Shown here piece after piece: positions 63,876 to 64,000 of a stretch of 64,000 bases of DNA. This stretch comes from Acidimicrobiales bacterium. Lineage in GTDB: Bacteria > Actinomycetota > Acidimicrobiia > Acidimicrobiales > BPGG01. Positions within the stretch are counted from its first letter, which is position 1. Each line of letters starts with the position of its first letter. The position numbers were made by a program, and so were the translations under genes. The stretch covers positions 474,122 through 538,121 of the forward strand of contig BPGG01000001.1 of NCBI GenBank assembly GCA_026002915.1. Reading direction: 5' to 3'. The notes beneath the pieces were generated by a model, which ran no database searches, was not told where the DNA came from, and was given only the letters and a program-made list of their open reading frames with translations.

Positions 63876-64000
63876 TTGTTTGGCGGAATAGTCGTGGCGG
63901 CGGTCCTGATCTCCGCGTGCGGATCCGACGGAGGCGCGGGAGGTGGCTCCTCGCCCGAGTCCGGGGACGCTGCGGTGACGGTTCCGAACGACGCGCAGGA
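63876..64000 (+). CDS. putative lipoprotein, N-terminal fragment (runs off the window)
   Basis: Open frame from TTG 63876 or GTG 63894. Reads ..VAAVLISACGSDGGAGGGSSPE, with a lipobox-like ISAC. Follows an AT-rich divergent promoter region. Too short for the ORF track. Confidence 0.35.
   Translation, partial: MFGGIVVAAVLISACGSDGGAGGGSSPESGDAAVTVPNDAQ

Noticed and set aside
1-64000. Search for mobile elements, rRNA, CRISPR arrays and known defence-system genes
   Set aside because: No transposase, integrase, recombinase, Cas, restriction-modification or toxin-antitoxin-like translation was recognised in any listed ORF. No rRNA-like sequence was noticed. This is absence by eye only.

Overview
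High-GC, almost fully coding chromosome segment of actinobacterial type (mycothiol ligase, F420 reductase and LPXTG proteins are present). All calls come from reading motifs in the supplied translations and the raw sequence. No similarity or profile searches were run.

- **Left part (1-16.4 kb):** minus-strand housekeeping and lipid genes (HIT, thrS, PlsC-type acyltransferase, mshC, F420 reductase). These are followed by fabI, two tandem DUF21-CBS (CNNM/CorC-type) genes, a MarR / heterodimeric ABC exporter / TauE operon, an SRPBCC protein and an acyl-CoA dehydrogenase.
- **Middle (16.7-42 kb):** a cell-envelope block bracketed by two inverted paralogous modules, each a DUF4012-like membrane protein plus a small LPATG-anchored Ig-like protein. 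Inside it are:
  - an AT3-SGNH O-acyltransferase, thiI and a MacB-type ABC system;
  - an ATP-grasp / DUF2142-like / Lhr helicase / large membrane protein operon;
  - tRNA-Val(CAC), two tandemly duplicated lipoproteins and a J-like membrane protein.
- **Right part (42.1-60.8 kb):** an approximately 19 kb glycan biosynthesis locus, followed by a TetR regulator, a CocE/NonD hydrolase and a partial lipoprotein. The locus contains:
  - a CapD/PglF-type dehydratase, a PglD-like acetyltransferase and an epimerase;
  - three GT4, one GT2, a polysaccharide deacetylase and a GNAT;
  - an MsbA-like ABC exporter and a SAM methyltransferase;
  - two unassigned ORFs and a polytopic membrane protein;
  - three sulfotransferase-fold genes.

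The best candidate for an undescribed system is this multi-sulfotransferase glycan locus. The duplicated DUF4012-LPATG modules come second, and the Lhr helicase embedded among membrane-protein genes third.

thrS and mshC are each broken by one extra base in a long poly-G run (poly-C on the + strand). This may be assembly error, so gene ends elsewhere should be treated with caution. No rRNA, CRISPR array, transposase or integrase was recognised.
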